Assembly: GCA_016935985.1 (NCBI GenBank)
Contig: JAFGPW010000002.1
Span: forward strand, 65,991 to 129,990
Origin: Candidatus Woesearchaeota archaeon
GTDB lineage: Archaea; Nanobdellota; Nanobdellia; Woesearchaeales; JAFGPW01
Reading direction: 5' to 3'
Length of the DNA stretch: 64,000 bases
The notes under the pieces were generated by a model, which searched no databases, was not told where the DNA came from, and saw only the letters and a program-made list of their open reading frames with translations. Below, in pieces: positions 63,319 to 64,000 of the stretch; the first letter of the stretch is position 1, and each line of letters starts with the position of its first letter. The position numbers and the translations under genes were made by a program.

Positions 63319-64000
63319 TCACTTCCGCTTCGTGCGCTTCGCGACGAGCCGGTCGTGCTTCTCCTGCATCTCGTGCATCATCCTCTCGAGCGCCTTGATC
63401 TCGTGGTCCTTGATGTCCTCGGAATCGACCTCGTCCTTGGTGTACTCCGCCCCTTCCTCCATGAACTCGGTCCGTATCGGCGTCTCCTTCTGGCGACGGT
63501 GCTCGCGCCAGCGGGCCATGAAGATCGCGAGCGAGGAGAGGATGATGGTGAAGATGATCACCGCATAGACGAGATTCGCGATGAAGTCAGCGCGCGGCAG
63601 GCCGCGGCTCAGCGCGATCGTCGCGAGCGCCGCCGCCGCGAGGCCGCGGGCGAACGAGCCGGTGATCAGGTCCTGGTCGTACGGCTCGAAGCTCCTGATG
63701 AGCAGGCGTGACGCCCGCCGGGTGTACATCAGGACGAGCGCGATGACGCCGCCGAGGAAGATCGGCCAGGGGTCCTTCAGGTCGAGCAGGAGCCCGATAT
63801 AGACGAAGAAGAATGTCTTGAGGAAGAAGGAGATCTGCGAGTAGAAGAACTGTTCGTTGGGCGTGAGGACCGAGACATGCACCTCCCCTGACTCATCGGC
63901 GCCGATGCCCTGTTTCCTGCCCTTCCCCTCGATCCTCTGCTCGACCCGCTGGGAGATGCTCGTGAATATCACGACCAGCTGCCGGTTGTTCTTGAGCATG
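63319..64000 (-). CDS. cation:proton antiporter family protein, C-terminal part (N-terminus beyond window end)
   Basis: Hydrophobic helices then charged cytoplasmic tail; ORF open to the window edge. Confidence 0.55.
   Translation of the reverse strand, partial: MLKNNRQLVVIFTSISQRVEQRIEGKGRKQGIGADESGEVHVSVLTPNEQFFYSQISFFLKTFFFVYIGLLLDLKDPWPIFLGGVIALVLMYTRRASRLLIRSFEPYDQDLITGSFARGLAAAALATIALSRGLPRADFIANLVYAVIIFTIILSSLAIFMARWREHRRQKETPIRTEFMEEGAEYTKDEVDSEDIKDHEIKALERMMHEMQEKHDRLVAKRTKRK

Noticed and set aside
1-64000. tRNA, rRNA or other classical RNA genes
   Set aside because: No cloverleaf-like GC-rich ~75-nt segments with T-loop GTTCRANYC motifs were noticed in the intergenic regions, including the island borders.

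Overview
This 64 kb window comes from a high-GC (about 65-70%) archaeal chromosome. The archaeal assignment rests on an archaeal-type SRP54 (MVLEKLG... N-terminus), an archaeal-type PEP carboxylase, DUF134 and a Dph6/MJ0570-like domain. The chromosome carries a roughly 11.5 kb low-GC (about 33%) foreign island between thrS and a tyrosine recombinase gene.

Native regions (mostly well supported):
- A translationally coupled aspartate aminotransferase-PEPC operon.
- A Fur/PerR-headed peroxide-detoxification operon: small Cys4 protein, 2Fe-2S ferredoxin, ferritin-like protein, rubrerythrin-like protein, Bcp. A Fur-box-like operator sits under the promoter.
- purH, a ComC/Mdh-II-like dehydrogenase, a MazG-like protein and a GNAT acetyltransferase.
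- A stand-alone voltage-sensor-domain protein.
- A MutS-domain-V-only ATPase operon.
- A membrane eukaryotic-type Ser/Thr kinase.
- A tight DUF5320 / split-permease / NifX-like / DUF134 / NifX-like operon.
- An extracytoplasmic thiol-disulfide module, a polyprenyl synthase, DJ-1/PfpI, endonuclease IV and bacterial-type thrS.
- Downstream of the recombinase: a GT-A glycosyltransferase with a PlsC-like acyltransferase, an AsnB-Dph6-like fusion, a transglutaminase-like protein, a Cas4-like PD-(D/E)xK nuclease, SRP54 and pcm.

The island (38.1-49.6 kb), first half:
- An array of single small genes, each followed by one member of a six-copy family of structured imperfect palindromes.
- The copies share the ends TAACATCG ... 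CGCTGTTA and show compensatory stem changes, so they are attC-like, structured-RNA or REP-like candidates.

The island, second half:
- A restriction-modification-like defence module with unusual architecture: RHH regulator, HARE-HTH/Mrr-like nuclease, truncated gamma-MTase paralog, PUA-like protein, gamma-class N6A MTase with TRD, T5orf172(GIY-YIG)-SF2 helicase fusion, small membrane protein.
- The module is bounded by about 47 bp direct repeats and by inverted arrays of a 10-mer.
- A host-GC XerC/D/A-like recombinase gene lies immediately outside it.

No rRNA, tRNA or CRISPR array was found. Positions counted by hand from the printed sequence lines may be off by 1-2 nt; coordinates taken from the ORF track are exact. 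Many long ORFs in the supplied track are Arg-rich alternative or antisense frames typical of high-GC DNA and were rejected.
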